DNA from: Octopus bimaculoides
Lineage: Eukaryota
Length of the DNA stretch: 64,000 nt
Assembly: GCF_001194135.2 (NCBI RefSeq)
Contig: NC_068981.1
Span: forward strand, 105,337,901 to 105,401,900
Direction: 5' to 3'
The notes under the pieces were generated by a model. The model was not told the origin of the DNA and did not search any database. It worked only from the letters and a program-made list of their open reading frames with translations. A program made the position numbers and the translations under genes. Each line of letters starts with the position of its first letter. Positions within the stretch are counted from its first letter, which is position 1. Shown here in pieces: positions 24,921 to 38,400 of the stretch.

Positions 24921-25097
24921 CGGTGAGTCAGCAGAACTGTTTGCCTGCTTAGCAGCATTTCGTCCATTTTTACGTTTTGAGTTAAAATTCCACCGAAGTC
25001 GACTTTGCCTATCGTCTTTACGAGTCGATAAAATAAGTACTAGTTGAGCACCCCCTCCACAGAAGTTGCTAGCCTTGTGCCTAAATTTGAAATCATT
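24921..25097 (+). mobile_element. tRNA-derived SINE, family B (central gcctttcatcc..gtcgataaaataagtaccag domain, Meta-SINE-like); more than 10 copies in the window
   Basis: Other copies at about 10013-10210 (+), 10250-10440 (+), 11390-11550 (+), 29230-29400 (-), 30332-30545 (-), 31020-31230 (-), 31440-31600 (-), 32464-32690 (-), 40620-40860 (-) and 57150-57810 (+, three in tandem). Superfamily assignment is from memory of the domain. Confidence 0.75.
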
Positions 25098-26354
25098 ATG
25101 AATATAATTACGATTGATGAAAAAATGGAGGTGAAAGCAGGTACTCACTACATTAGAGATATTAGTCCTTCATTGAAGTAAGCGAATTTAAATTTTCATA
25201 CTTCTTAATTCAAATAAGCTAATTTATATTTTCATTCTTCCACATTCTTCCAAAATGTCAGTTAGCTAAGCTTCAATAAATAGGAGATGCAATGTGATTT
25301 CTTGAGATACAAAACTGAATGGAGTTAACTTGAGAACTCTAAGGTCAAATACTATAAAAGAATTTAATTTTCAATTTATTGGCAACAATTTTTCTCTATC
25401 GATGTAGTGGTAATGGTACTTGAGCAATGAATTTAGTGAACTTGAAAAATGAGTTAGGTTTATGCATTGGATTTGATGTTCAATGTTAATTTGTTTGTGA
25501 AACAGCACAAGCAAGTTAATAAGGTAGATGGAAATTAAAAGCAACAGTCAATATATGCAGAATAGTCAGCTGCACTAGTATAGGTGCATAATCCCAGTTG
25601 GGTGAAGAAAAAAATGTTAAGATGTAATGATGAAGGACAGCCATGACAAAAGAAGCACAAAAAAACCCCTAAGAAGAGGTGATAAAGTTAGATCTTAAGA
25701 TGCTAGTGCTAACAGATTAAATAAAGTAGGAGAGAAAAGTGTAGTGAACCACTACACTTTGTAAAGTGAGTGGCAATAAAAAGAGCATCCAGCTACAGAA
25801 ACCAAATCAAAAGGACATGTATAAGCACCAGACTATGAGAGCAACAACTCCCAATAAAAAAGAACTTTGACCATGAAGACCCACCAACCGATGCCAGTAT
25901 GAAGAGCAGGCATAAAATGATGACAATGGTGATGATAACAGTGATTTTATAACAAAGATTAGTCACATTTCTAGTGGAATGTTTACAGGTCTAACTTGTA
26001 GTGACAAATAGGTTAATCATATACAACTGCATTTTTAGGCATCTTTGAATTTAATTTTATATTTGCAATTTTATTGTACATGCACGTTATATTCACAAAG
26101 GCAGAGAAATCTTAGCATATGCTGTTAGTAAGACCGTAAAGGGAAAACTATTTCTTAATAGGGGAATGTAGGAGAAAGTAATTAAAAACAAATTGGTGCT
26201 AGTAAAGTATGTGGTCTACAACGGTATCAAACAGGGTCATCTACCTTATTTTTCAGATATTTCCAGATATTTCAGAGATAAAACACTTCTTTGTGGTGTC
26301 TGGTTTGTTAAAGATGTTGGCTGTTTATGTCTATTTTGTAAATACAGATACATG

Positions 26355-26395
26355 ATTTTGTGTGTGTGTGAGAGAGAGAGAGAGAGAGGGAGAGA

Positions 26396-26426
<31 letters not shown>

Positions 26427-26433
26427 GGAGAGA

Positions 26434-26474
<41 letters not shown>

Positions 26475-26546
26475 TGTGTATGCGTGTGTGCATGTGTGCT
26501 TGTGTGTGTGCATGTGTGTGTGTATGCGTGTGTGCGCATGCGTGCA

Positions 26547-26592
<46 letters not shown>
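26355..26592. repeat. Compound (TG)n/(AG)n microsatellite; a similar (CA)n tract is at about 30805-30930
   Basis: Directly visible dinucleotide arrays; these explain the low-complexity ORFs here. Confidence 0.95.
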
Positions 26593-27561
26593 TAGCATCT
26601 CTGGAATAAGCAGTTTGATTTCTGTTTTTTATATAGGGATTCTCTGAGACATGAATTCATTCTAAAAGTTTCCCAAGAATAAAAAGGTTGGGAAACACTG
26701 GTGCACAGGTGCCAGAGTGTAATCAAATTTATCAAGGCAATCTAAAGCAAGTAGAATGCAGCCCAGGGACTCAATGCAATAGCCATAGTACTAAAGACTG
26801 CACTGTTGATAATGCTTAATAATCCAAGCTCTTAACCATAATTTGCAAAATCTTTTTTAAAACATATTAAAAAGAATCAACCTAAAAAATTTTCAAAAGT
26901 TCAATTAATAAATTAATTTAAAATGAAGTGTTGTATATCGTTTTTACCAAAATTTGCTGATTTTTCCTGTTTACTCATGTATAATGTTGTACATTTACTT
27001 CGTAATTCTCTCATTATTACTTCAACAAATACAATTAAGATTGCCCTTCACAGAGGAGATCTAATAAGACAGAAATATAACTGAAGTTGTCTCCCATATT
27101 TGCTGGAATTATTAAAATATCAGTCACTGCACTAATGTTGTCTTTCTTCACCACATAAGTGTTTCTGTTTAGGTATTAAATGTTGTTTACATTAAATGTT
27201 AGTATAAATTTAACTATTGAATCACTCACCACTGCTTCCACATTCAATTAATTAAGATTAATTAAAATTCTTTGATTGTCCTTCTTGCCTTTCTTCACCA
27301 GAACTAGCCACTAAGATAACAATTTTTGTACATCATCATACAAATAATGTTGATTAAAATTTCTTACCTTTCTACATTAAGTTTGTTAGCATCTACTTTA
27401 TTATTAAATATTCATGCAGCAGGTGTTTCTGGGGACTTTCACACATATGACCAAAGAAAATATTTGGTTTAATAATTAACAATCAACAGCTTTGTTTATC
27501 TAATTTTTCTTTTGTTTTAACTGTAATGAGAAATCAAATATATAAATTTACTTATACATAC

Positions 27562-27661
27562 TATTTCCTTAGCTTTTCGACTCTGAAAGTTGGTGTAGAA
27601 ATAGAAACCTTCTGAAGTAATACCCTTCAGTAATAACATACGCACGGACGGTCTGCCTGAT
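27562..27661 (-). CDS. PNPO: PNPO exon 3
   Basis: [33 protein letters not shown] (FMN-binding RMLLLK and YTN..SRK motifs); acceptor ctgctag, donor ata|gtatgt; 100 nt. Confidence 0.97.
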
Positions 27662-27844
27662 CTAGCAGAAAGAATGAGAGAAACAGTTAATGTTGAATAC
27701 AAATTTCAAACAAGAAGAATTAATGTATGAAAAGGAACATAGATTTTATATTACTTAGGATTCGGATTAATATCTAGATCATAAGGAAGGTTGTTGTAAT
27801 TGTTTCACCAGCTCTATATTTGTGAGATGAGGAATTTATATTAT

Positions 27845-28730
27845 CTACAATGTTTACATTAGTCAGACTGGTGTCCTCATCTTGATTGTTGATTTCACTA
27901 TGTTTCAGCTGTTATATAGCTCCAGCTTTCTTGTGTTGAACTCGGTTGTTGTATCAAAATTACGAACCTAACCATTTATTTCATCCATGGGTATACACTG
28001 TTCTCATGCTGCTCTCTGCATTTCATGACATTTTTTTTTTTTGTGAATTACCTTAGTGCCTGGGATTGAACTAAGAACCTTTAGGTGAACTGCATTAACC
28101 AGCATCTTTATCTACTACACTATGCCTGTAGGCAGTAACAGAGTAAATTTTAAAGACTTTTAAACCTAATGTCTAAGTAATCTGTTGTTGCAGTCTACCC
28201 TTTTCTTTCTTTATTATTGGCTACCATAATTATATTCATTTTTGCATATGGCCTGCTTAGCAGGTTGTTGTGTCCTAGTATATACGCTGATCCCTTAAGT
28301 TTTCTAATTTTCCAGTGGTGCTCTCTGTCTGTTATTTTGACCTTGCCCCACAGTGGTTGGCTGTCTCCATTTTCCCACACTTGATCATCTATACTTGATG
28401 TACTCCATCTCAAGCAGCTGCAGGTATACAAAGGAGAAGCATGCCACCCACTTAAAGTAAGGGTAGATGAATATTGGAAAACTGTGATACAAGGGGATAT
28501 TGAAAAGTTAGATATAACCAATCACATATGGAAAAATGTCATGAAACACAGAGAGTGGAATGAGAACAGTGTACCCCTATGGAGCAAATAAAGGATTAAG
28601 TTCAAAATTTTGATACAACATCTGAGTTCAACATAGGATACCTGAAGAAGGCTGCAACATACAACAGCCAAAACATAGTGAAATCAACAATGAAGTCAAG
28701 GACATCAGTCCGATTGATATAAACAGTATA
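27845..28730 (-). mobile_element. 5'-truncated Penelope-like element with an inverted pseudo-LTR
   Basis: Minus-strand GIY-YIG C-terminal remnant QPLWGKVKITDREHHWKIRKLKGSAYILGHNNLLSRP (about 28220-28400) lies between two about 120-bp copies in opposite orientation (27845-27961 minus, 28604-28730 plus). Confidence 0.65.
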
Positions 28731-31700
28731 CATATTATTCTAGCAGACCAATGAAAAAGTTTCTAATCTCATAGCCATGTCATCTGCTTGTTTTTTTTTT
28801 TTTGCCTTTTTCTGTGTTTTGTTTTTTGTTTTTTTTTTCATTCTCAGTGTATTGAGAACCATATTATACCACAGTGTATTCAGTTTCTTTTAAGATGAGA
28901 TGATTCATCCACTTTGAATTGATGATGTTGACTGTGTGTGTGAAATTATTTTGTTCTATGAAGAAGAAGGATTAAAACTATTTATAGAATAGGTAGTGAT
29001 TCACAGTGGCACTAAGTATATCCTCCACAACAAGTGTTATTACTATTATTACTATTAACAGCGCAGTGAAGTAGCAGGAGCAGGTGCACACCAATTTCAT
29101 CTCTTTCTCAATTTAAATCTCACCCATGTTAATTTTATCTTTCTTACTTCCAGAATTTATAAGCATCAAGCAAATATTCCTCCTCTGCAATTTGTGGCCA
29201 TGTTACAAATGCAAAAAAAAATCACTAACACTGATTTCAAATGATGGCACAAAGCTGGTAATTTCGGAGGAGAGGGAATTTGATAACATCGACCCCAGTG
29301 CTTAACTGGTACTTATTTTATCAACCACAGGATGAAAGGCAAAGTTGACCTGGGCAGAATTTGAACTCAGAATGTAAAGACAGACAAAATACAGTTGAAG
29401 TGAACATTAACTGTGTCTGCTTTACTTCTTTTTGTTAACTAATATCAAGGTTGAAAGATTCACATTTCTTGACCTTGACTAATCAGTTTATTTTTAACGC
29501 CATCAGTCTGTTTGATGTCTGGTTATTTATCATAATTTCATGATTGTAAATAACAAGTCCTATTTTTGAATCCAGACAGACACTTACCACAGGAGATTAA
29601 GTCACTCCTTCTCTTGAGAGATTTGAGGTAACACTTTGGATAAGTGTCAACAACTTCTCTAACTTATCAGGGTTAATGGTGAAGTTCAGAGTCTAGCAGA
29701 ACAGGTGGAAGAATGTCACAAACATGAATGAAGACAATAGCTGTAACAGTTAGCTGCCTTAAATCATCTTAGTTGCTTTACCATTGATATCTCACTATCA
29801 AGATCCTGGGTATGATGTTAAAATTGCAACCAGTTCTCCCACTGCCACAAAGTTCAGTAGAACAGCACTACACAGGCTAGAGCTGCAGTCCCATAAGATC
29901 CTCCCCTGCATATTTCAGAGTAAGTTTGCCTACATCAGGATAGCAAGAGTAGGATTAGTAGTTGCCCAATGCTCTATTTCCATTACAAAGGGAGCTCAAG
30001 GAACACAAGTTCTTCTATTGCCCCGACTTTATGATGATGTATATTATAGTTGATTCAGTTGATTAGATCCCATCTTTCAAAAGGTGCAGCCATGTGTTAG
30101 TATGAGACAATGTTAATAATAGAGATTTTGAACATAATTATAAGGCCACAAACTTTGAGAGTGATTTAATCAATTAAATCATCTCCTAGGAATTGACTGG
30201 TACATATTTTATTGATCCTGGAGGAATCTGAATGCAGGACATAAACAGATATAACTAAATACCCCTAGGTATTTAATCCAATGCTCTACATTTTCTGTAG
30301 GTTTAGCATCATTAAATAAATAATAATAATCCTTTCCACTATAAGCACAAGGCCTGAAATTTTAGGGAAGGAAACTAGCTGATTACAATAATCAGTGCTC
30401 AATTGATACTTATTTCATCAACCCCAAAAGGATGAAAGGCAAAGCCAAGCTTGACAGAATCTGAACTCAGAATGTAAAACTGGAAGAAATGTCACTACAC
30501 ATTTTGTCTGATGTGCTAATAATTCTACAACCTCACTTCCTTCACTGCTTAAATAATAACAATTTCTAATATAATCCATCATAATTTTACATGTTTTTTT
30601 TCCATGCTGGCATGGATTAGGTGTGATTTCTGGTGACAGTATTCAATGGGTAGATGCCCTTCCTGATGCCAACAATTGTTTGTTTTCAGAAAGTATTTTA
30701 ATTCATGTCTTCACATACTGAAGTGTCAAGCTGCCAAACTTCTTGTTTATGCAATATATAGCAATATCACTGCTGTCCAAGCAGCATTGATGTGAGGACA
30801 TATGAAGACACGCACACACACACATACACACACGCAATTGTACACACACACACACACACATGCAAAAACACACGCAATTGTACACACACACACATACTCA
30901 AACTCACACATGCACGCGTGCGCACACACAGACACATATGGATTGAATTCTCCACCAGAGAATGGGTTGATATACTGGTTTGATGAGCCTACTCTGCCAC
31001 ACTGGATTGGCATTGCTTAGCATAGGAATGCCGTTATTTTATACTCAAACCCAGGAGTAATTAAGTTAATCACATCAACCCCAGGGCTCAGCTGGTATTT
31101 ATTTTATCGATCCTGAAAGGATGAAAGGCAAAGTTGTCCTTGGTAGAATTTGAAATCAGCACATAAGGACAGACAAAATACTGTTAAACATTTTACCCAA
31201 TGTACTAATGATTCTACCAGTTTGCCACCTATGTATATATGTACATATATATATATATGTACATATATATACAAATATATATCTATATATATATATATAT
31301 TCACAACATGCTTCAACAGTTTCACTCACAAGACACTGGTCAATCTGAGGCTATAGTGGAAGACACTCATCCAAGATGCTATTCAGTAGAAATCAACTCC
31401 AACAATTAATTCACAGAATGACTTGCAAACAAAAGCTAAATAATCCTTTCTGTTAGAGGCGCAAGGCCTGAAATTTGGTAGAGAGGAACTAATGGATTGC
31501 ACTGACCTCAGTGCTCAGCTGTTACTTATTTTATCAACCCCAAAAGGATGAAGGGCACAGTTAGCAGCATTTAAACACAGAATGCAAAGCAAAATTCATA
31601 CCTACACAGCCATACCTAAATTATTTTCAACAATAAAAATAATTAACTGCAATAATATTTAATAATTAATTAATTAACTGTAATAATATTTAATAATTAA

Positions 31701-31741
31701 TTTATTAATTGATAATATGGGAACAATAAAATATAGCTTAC

Positions 31742-31898
31742 AGTGTTGCAGTAGCTAAAGCTATCGCATTGGTTTCAATAATTTGAGGATGGTTACTAGC
31801 TTCTTGGAACCAAGCTTGAAATTGCTTCATAGGATTCCTGGAGACCAGTTGGGACAAGTCAAAAGTGTCTTGAGAAGAACGGTAAGGTTTTCGCATAT
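31742..31898 (-). CDS. PNPO: PNPO exon 2
   Basis: (D)MRKPYRSSQDTFDLSQLVSRNPMKQFQAWFQEASNHPQIIETNAIALATAT(L); acceptor ctcttag, donor ct|gtaagc. Confidence 0.95.
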
Positions 31899-33176
31899 CT
31901 AAGAGGGAAACCAGATTAAGTTACGATCATTAATAGATTCCTTAGATTATTATCACAATTTAAAAAGTTAAATACCAAATTTAATTTAGTTTTCTTTTGA
32001 TATGTCATAAAAACTCTACAAATTTTATGATGCAAAAAAAAAACATAGCTGTGATGTGGGAAAGTGAAACTACTTGAAACAAGAATTGAAAATGCATTAG
32101 CAAATTGTTATTGTTGTTGTTTAGCTCCATACTGAACAAGCAGACCTAATTTATGATCAAAAAATGTTCCAGTTTTTATATGTCCTTTTTGAATATTAAG
32201 ATATAATCTGAGAAAGATTTAGCCAGTATTACTAGTAAGCCAAGTGACCCAAGTAGAAGTTTTTTTTGGATTTATGATAACAGAAGAGTGGAATGGTCAG
32301 GTGCTTATTGTTTGCTGTTTAGCACTCAAGCTTTTATCAAATCTGATATTGGCTCTTTTGACAAGGCTGAAAGCCAGTTTTGACATGATACAGAAATAAT
32401 CAAATGGATCAACTACATCAATTAAATAATTCCCAGCAAAACTAGCAAACAAAAGCTAAATAATCCTTTCTACTATAGGCACAAGACCTAAAATTTTGTG
32501 GAGCGGGGCTAATGGATTGCATCAACCACAGTGCTCAACTAGTACATATTTTATCAGTCCTAGTGCTCAACTGGTACTTATTTTATCAACCCAAAAAGGA
32601 TGATAGGCAAAGTCAGCAGCATTTGAACTCAGAATATAAAACCAGAAGAAATGGAAATGCTGCCAAGCATTCTTTGCTTCCAAATGTTAATAATATGATC
32701 AAGACTGGTGTAGAAATAATTGATTCTCTTCCATTCCCAAAAATTAAGCAGAATTGAATTTATTCAGAGGAGGAAGAGTATTGTTCATGATCTTTTTAGA
32801 GGGAAGAAATTAGAAGAAATTATCCTCAGATTGAACATCCAGTCCAAATGTTTTCAACAGATTGGATTTCACTAAAGACACCCAAGGGTCAGATAGTGGT
32901 GTTAACCCAGGTAATAGGTTAAGTCTACCACCTAACCCATTGAGTAACCTTATAAACACTAACTGATTTGTCCAGTTTACAGACAGGATCTAATATCCTA
33001 CTTCCCAACTGAATACTTAGTGGATGAAAGGACCTCAGCTGTAAAAACAAAAGCTCCAATAATGCAAAAATGTCCAAATTTACAACACACTCTGCAGAGG
33101 AAAAGTAAATAATATACACAAGTCAGTTTTATACTGTATTTGACTAAAATGTTTTAACATTGACTGTGTATTTAAA

Positions 33177-33403
33177 TTAATCCTTTAGCATTTAAACTGG
33201 CCATATCCAGCCCAAATATTCTACACATCTTATGTTCAAACTGGCCATATTTGGCCTCTCACACCTAACCTACCATACCATTTGAAAAATAAACAATCAT
33301 ATTACTGAAGTTTCAAAGCCACAAGATAATTCATGATTAATTCAAAATAATGAGAATAAAAGGCATTACATTAGTCAGAGTAATTTGAATGCTAAAGGGT
33401 TAA
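33177..33403. mobile_element. TTAA-flanked MITE (piggyBac-type)
   Basis: TTAA-TCCTTTAGCATT ... AATGCTAAAGGG-TTAA. Confidence 0.7.
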
Positions 33404-33851
33404 ATGAATAAAGTAATAATTCAATAGAGCAATAAAACCAAGCCTATTGCTTCATTCAAATAATCTAGATGAGTAAAAAGTTATCAAAAATAAACAACTC
33501 ACTTTGAATATCTTTTTGATCATCATCTGTAACAAATAAAACAAAAAATATTTATCATGAATACTTTGAATTAATGTAATTATTTTGCCAGAGGCACATT
33601 TACATCAACAATTAATTCAAATATATTTGGTGAAAAAGCAAAAGAATTTCACAAACATAAATAGATTTATAGGTGCAGGCATGGCTGTGCGGTAAAAAGC
33701 TTGCTTCCCAATCACATGGTTCCAGGTTCAGTCCCATTGCATGGCACCTTGGGCAAGTGTCTTCTACTATAACCTCAGGCCAACCAAAGCCTTGTGAGTG
33801 GATTTGGTACACAGAAACTGAAAGAATTATATAATTGACATATGCTTTCAA

Positions 33852-34900
33852 CTCAACATCCATGAACTCAGACATCCCAAATTAAAGAAGGATTTACAAC
33901 CAAAAGCAATACCATACATCTCCAAACACAACCCTCTTAACAATGAAGCCTTCGACACCATCCTTCAAAACATTCCCCTGCTAAAAAAGGACCACAGAAT
34001 GAACTTAATCCTCTAAACACACACCATCATAAAAAGCAAGAGACAACCCATATCTATGAAAAATCTCCTAACACAAGCCCGAATACACTCAACAACAACA
34101 CAGAAGCCATCAGTAAAAAAATGCGGAAGACCCAACTGTGGGATATGCATCAATTTAATTTAGGGGTCAGAGTTCTTCAAACAGGGACAACGTTTCACAG
34201 TGAAAAGCAATTTCCCATGTGCTTTGGAGAACCTGATATATGCACTAACCTGCTCTGGGTGTCAAGAGCAATACATAGGCCAAACAAAAAACAGTCTACG
34301 TCAAAGGATGACTCTGCACAGATTCCAGATCAAAATTCCCAAAAACAGAAAAATAGCACTCAGCCAACACATCGACATTTGCGCCAATAACAAAAATTCA
34401 AGCTTCAGAATTTTTCCCCCTCTACCAATTAAAGAGATTCTCTTTATTACAAAATACAGACCCCTTTTGAACGCATCTACAACAAATGACATATCCACCA
34501 TGGCCTTAGAATAACACAAACACATGCAAATATTAAAAATGATACATTCAAGAGATGCCCAAGAATTCATTAAAAAACAGTCCCAATCACTGCTATAATC
34601 CACAACGAGCCACTTTTAGGTCACTTGACCATTTAACATCCTACTACTATCATAACACCGCATTCCTTTATTATTCTCTCTTCTCTTTCCCCTTCCTCTT
34701 CTTCGTCTTCTTCCTCTCTGCCACCTCCTTCCTTACTTTACTACTATTGCTGTTTAGAATAACACCTACGCAAATATTATAAGCAATACATTCAAAAGAG
34801 ATGTCTCAAGAATTCAATCACTACTACCATTCACAACAAGTTACTTTCAGGGCACTTGACCATTTAACATCCTACTACTATCATGGCACTCCCGCATTCT
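33852..34900 (+). mobile_element. Penelope-like element 3' fragment: GIY-YIG endonuclease plus a duplicated 3' segment
   Basis: KCGRPNCGIC...NLIYALTCSGCQEQYIGQTKNSLRQRMTLHR...EILFITKYRPLLN (IY..YIG..R..H..E..N layout of PLE endonucleases), with in-frame stops upstream. About 90-bp direct repeat at about 34560-34650 and 34805-34885. Confidence 0.85.
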
Positions 34901-35025
34901 CCTCCGCCTCCTTCTTTGCCAAGAATTCACAACGACCTCAAACTCACAAGAGTAAACAAGAGAGACAGAGGCAGGCAAAAACAAAGAAAATGCTCCTTGT
35001 ATTTGAATACTATGCAAATATTCTT

Positions 35026-35638
35026 NNNNNNNNNNNNNNNNNNNNNNNNNNNNNNNNNNNNNNNNNNNNNNNNNNNNNNNNNNNNNNNNNNNNNNNNNNN
35101 NNNNNNNNNNNNNNNNNNNNNNNNNNNNNNNNNNNNNNNNNNNNNNNNNNNNNNNNNNNNNNNNNNNNNNNNNNNNNNNNNNNNNNNNNNNNNNNNNNNN
35201 NNNNNNNNNNNNNNNNNNNNNNNNNNNNNNNNNNNNNNNNNNNNNNNNNNNNNNNNNNNNNNNNNNNNNNNNNNNNNNNNNNNNNNNNNNNNNNNNNNNN
35301 NNNNNNNNNNNNNNNNNNNNNNNNNNNNNNNNNNNNNNNNNNNNNNNNNNNNNNNNNNNNNNNNNNNNNNNNNNNNNNNNNNNNNNNNNNNNNNNNNNNN
35401 NNNNNNNNNNNNNNNNNNNNNNNNNNNNNNNNNNNNNNNNNNNNNNNNNNNNNNNNNNNNNNNNNNNNNNNNNNNNNNNNNNNNNNNNNNNNNNNNNNNN
35501 NNNNNNNNNNNNNNNNNNNNNNNNNNNNNNNNNNNNNNNNNNNNNNNNNNNNNNNNNNNNNNNNNNNNNNNNNNNNNNNNNNNNNNNNNNNNNNNNNNNN
35601 NNNNNNNNNNNNNNNNNNNNNNNNNNNNNNNNNNNNNN
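35026..35638. other. Assembly gap; others at 41547-41556, 47074-47133, 48178-48503, 51121-51888 and 53481-53822
   Basis: Runs of N, several bordered by (TA)n tracts. Confidence 1.
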
Positions 35639-35670
<32 letters not shown>

Positions 35671-35673
<3 letters not shown>

Positions 35674-35882
35674 TCGTCATCATCATCGTTTAACATCCGC
35701 TTTCCATGCTAGCATGGGTTGGACGATTTGACTGAGGACTGGCAAGCCAGAAGGCTGCACCAGGCTCCAATCTGATCTGGCAGAGTTTCTACAGCTGGAT
35801 GCCCTTCCAAATGCCAACCACTTCGAGAGTGTAGTGAGTGCTTTTTATGTGCCACAGGCATGAAGGCCAGTCAGGCAGTACT
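35671..35882 (-). mobile_element. RTE-type LINE 3' end fragment
   Basis: Reverse complement of the (gat)n-tailed family at 17029; further plus-strand copies at 49601-49860 and about 63610-63856. Confidence 0.8.
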
Positions 35883-38036
35883 TTAAATCCTATTTAATAT
35901 TCTTATCCTTCAAATTCCAAATGCATTTACTAAGATTAGTAGAATTATATTTTCTTCTATATTTAATAATCATTCTAATGATTTAATGTGGTCCATTATT
36001 AGTTATGCACCATCGTATAATATCTAATATAATAAATGCAAAACTAATTTCTGTGTATCAGTGTGTCACACTTAGACTCCCCTCTCTCACTATTCAATGA
36101 CTCCTACTATTCCTCTGGATGGGGTGGGAGTAATAGTAAGCATAGAGATGGTGAGGGAGTGGCGAAGACAGAGAGAGAGAGAGAGAGAGAAAGAGAAAGA
36201 AAAAGAGAGGGAGAGAAAGAGAGACAAAGAAATTTAGGGAGAGTTGATGATGTTTTATTAAAAGTAGTATTGTTCATAATGGCAGTGGGAGTAATATTGA
36301 AAGAGAGAGAAAGAGTGAGATGTGAGAGAAAGGGAGATGATGTACAACTTTGTTAAAAAATTTATCAAACCAGGATGACTATATATTCTGATTGTTGGAG
36401 TGCGTACAATGGGATTACTGAAATAGATGTGACACCAAAATACACTTTGGAAGAACGTAAAACGACGTTTTAAGAGTAAGATGGGGAAAATTCAACAAAA
36501 AAAAAATTATTTACTTTGTTTAAAAAAAACCCTCATACATGTTTTGCGCATTCGCGCTAGATAGTCGTTGTAGGATCGACTAGTCAAGACTAGCTAGCGC
36601 GGATGTGCAAGTGCGCGCACCGGGACCATTCTTCTTGAATAGTACCAATTTATATTAACTTTAGATCTCCTTAGTGAGTTTGCTAGAAATAATAACCAAA
36701 TTTTTTCTCCAGTCAAGCATCACTATATTAAGTAGGGTTCAAAAAGAAATCTAGACTGACATGATCATGGGTGGAATGATGCTGATGACAGGTTAATTTT
36801 TATTCCATTTCAGTCAACTTTCGAAACATTGGCAAAAAACTGAATCAATTTTTCGAAAAGTGAAATGGTTAACATCTCTCTAAGAGACAAAAACAAGGAA
36901 ATGTGATACAAGCAAAACCGAAGATCTACTCTTCGGTCAAGTGAAGACAGTGTCAAATATATCATTCTAAAAAGAAGACTTATTTTCATCAGCTAAACCT
37001 GATTGACTTCAATAGAAGCAACAATATTAAGTCACAGAAAATACAAAGCAAGATACGTCCGAGTCAAAGAGGGAGAAGACAAGCTAAAAATATCAGTTAA
37101 ATTTCTCTCAAAGCACACTCAGCAGATTTATAATAAAAAAAATAGGACACATTAAATAAAGTGATCGTACAAACCTCTGAAAGGATAAGATGATCATGAT
37201 TGGAATGCATTTTACACGAGTCTAAAGAACGGCCGATCGTTTTCAAAACATGTAATATGCAATAAAACCTAATGCATGTGAAGAGGTTTTTTTTTTTTAA
37301 TGTGGCCTCAATTTGTGTCCTTGTACATTAGTAAATATTTATTTCTAATATGTAATACGAGAACACTGGTGAGGAGGGGATATAGTCAATTATATCGACT
37401 TTTGTATATAACTAGCAATTTATTTCATCAGCTCTGGAAGAGTGAAAGGCAAAGTTGACAACAGTAGAGCTTGAACTCAAAACACAAAGAGACGAAATAG
37501 TTTTGAAGGATCCAGTGAAAAAAGCACGACCATGTTTGCTATTATTAATGAATTACGGAAGAAGAAAGAAGACGTTTGCACGGAAACTGAGATGTCGTAA
37601 AAAAGATGTCGGTTTTGTTTATCGTAACAAGCCCAAGATCAGCCTTGATCATGTAGGCCTAAATTCAAACGCATAGCAGCTATGATCACCCTTTTTTTGT
37701 TTTTGTTTCTTTTTTTATATATAGAGAATTTTGAACAACATTATCAAATGAGTGCTTTTCTAAAACGGTAAGGTGTGATTTGGAAACGATTTGGTTGCTA
37801 TTTCTAGCATGTAGCGCGACAATGTGAACGCTCTCGTTGGCCCGTCGAGCTAGTGCGACATCAAACATAACGCATCAAAAGCCTGTAGTTTTGTGTGTGT
37901 TATGTAAGACAAAATATATCATTCGTTTGATAACATACTGTTTACATGGTGTTTAATGTAACGACAAATTCCCACAACACACAGGTTTAGGCACATGTAC
38001 ACATGTATTTGTGTATATAATTATATTTCCACCTAC

Positions 38037-38400
38037 CTTTTCTGTCCGAAAGCATTTTTTTCTGTACAGTGAAAGGGTGGAAAAGCTTACTTAATTTGGC
38101 TGTTGAAATTCGTGATCTGTTAATATAAGAAGAGTTAATAGCCAAGTCGTGATCGAAAATAATTTGAGATTGATAAAGGTTACTCGAGGTCAATTTTCTT
38201 GAACTATTTACCGTATTCAAACGAATATTTTTACTACTATTGCTGATTTCGATCGACCAGCTGGGCGTCCACAATGGCACATAAAACGCAAAGTAACACT
38301 TCCAGTTAATGTTGTGCCACTTCGAAAGATTCGAAGTAATGTTATAAGAACGAGATAACACGTTACGAAGTGCAAAGGAGACAGTCACAGAATATACCAT
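38037..38400 (-). CDS. PNPO: PNPO exon 1 (121 codons + 1 nt; long N-terminal extension)
   Basis: ATG in CACCATGG Kozak context, open to ...MLSDRK G|gtaggt. The phase-1 donor joins exon 2 (G+AT = Asp) in frame. CpG-rich surroundings. Total CDS 1044 nt = 347 aa. Confidence 0.75.

Noticed and set aside
26193-31020. ORFs rich in CV/HT/ER/LS (26193-26735 and 30703-31020)
   Set aside because: Translations of dinucleotide microsatellites.
36760-37260. Apparent short exon (MIMGGMMLMT G|gttaat), a CTGATGA motif and a Tc1/Tc3-like DHDWNAFY stretch; similar text at about 56300-56560 (minus)
   Set aside because: All frames have many stops, there are no hammerhead stems, and the transposase resemblance is too weak to call; probably an old repeat.
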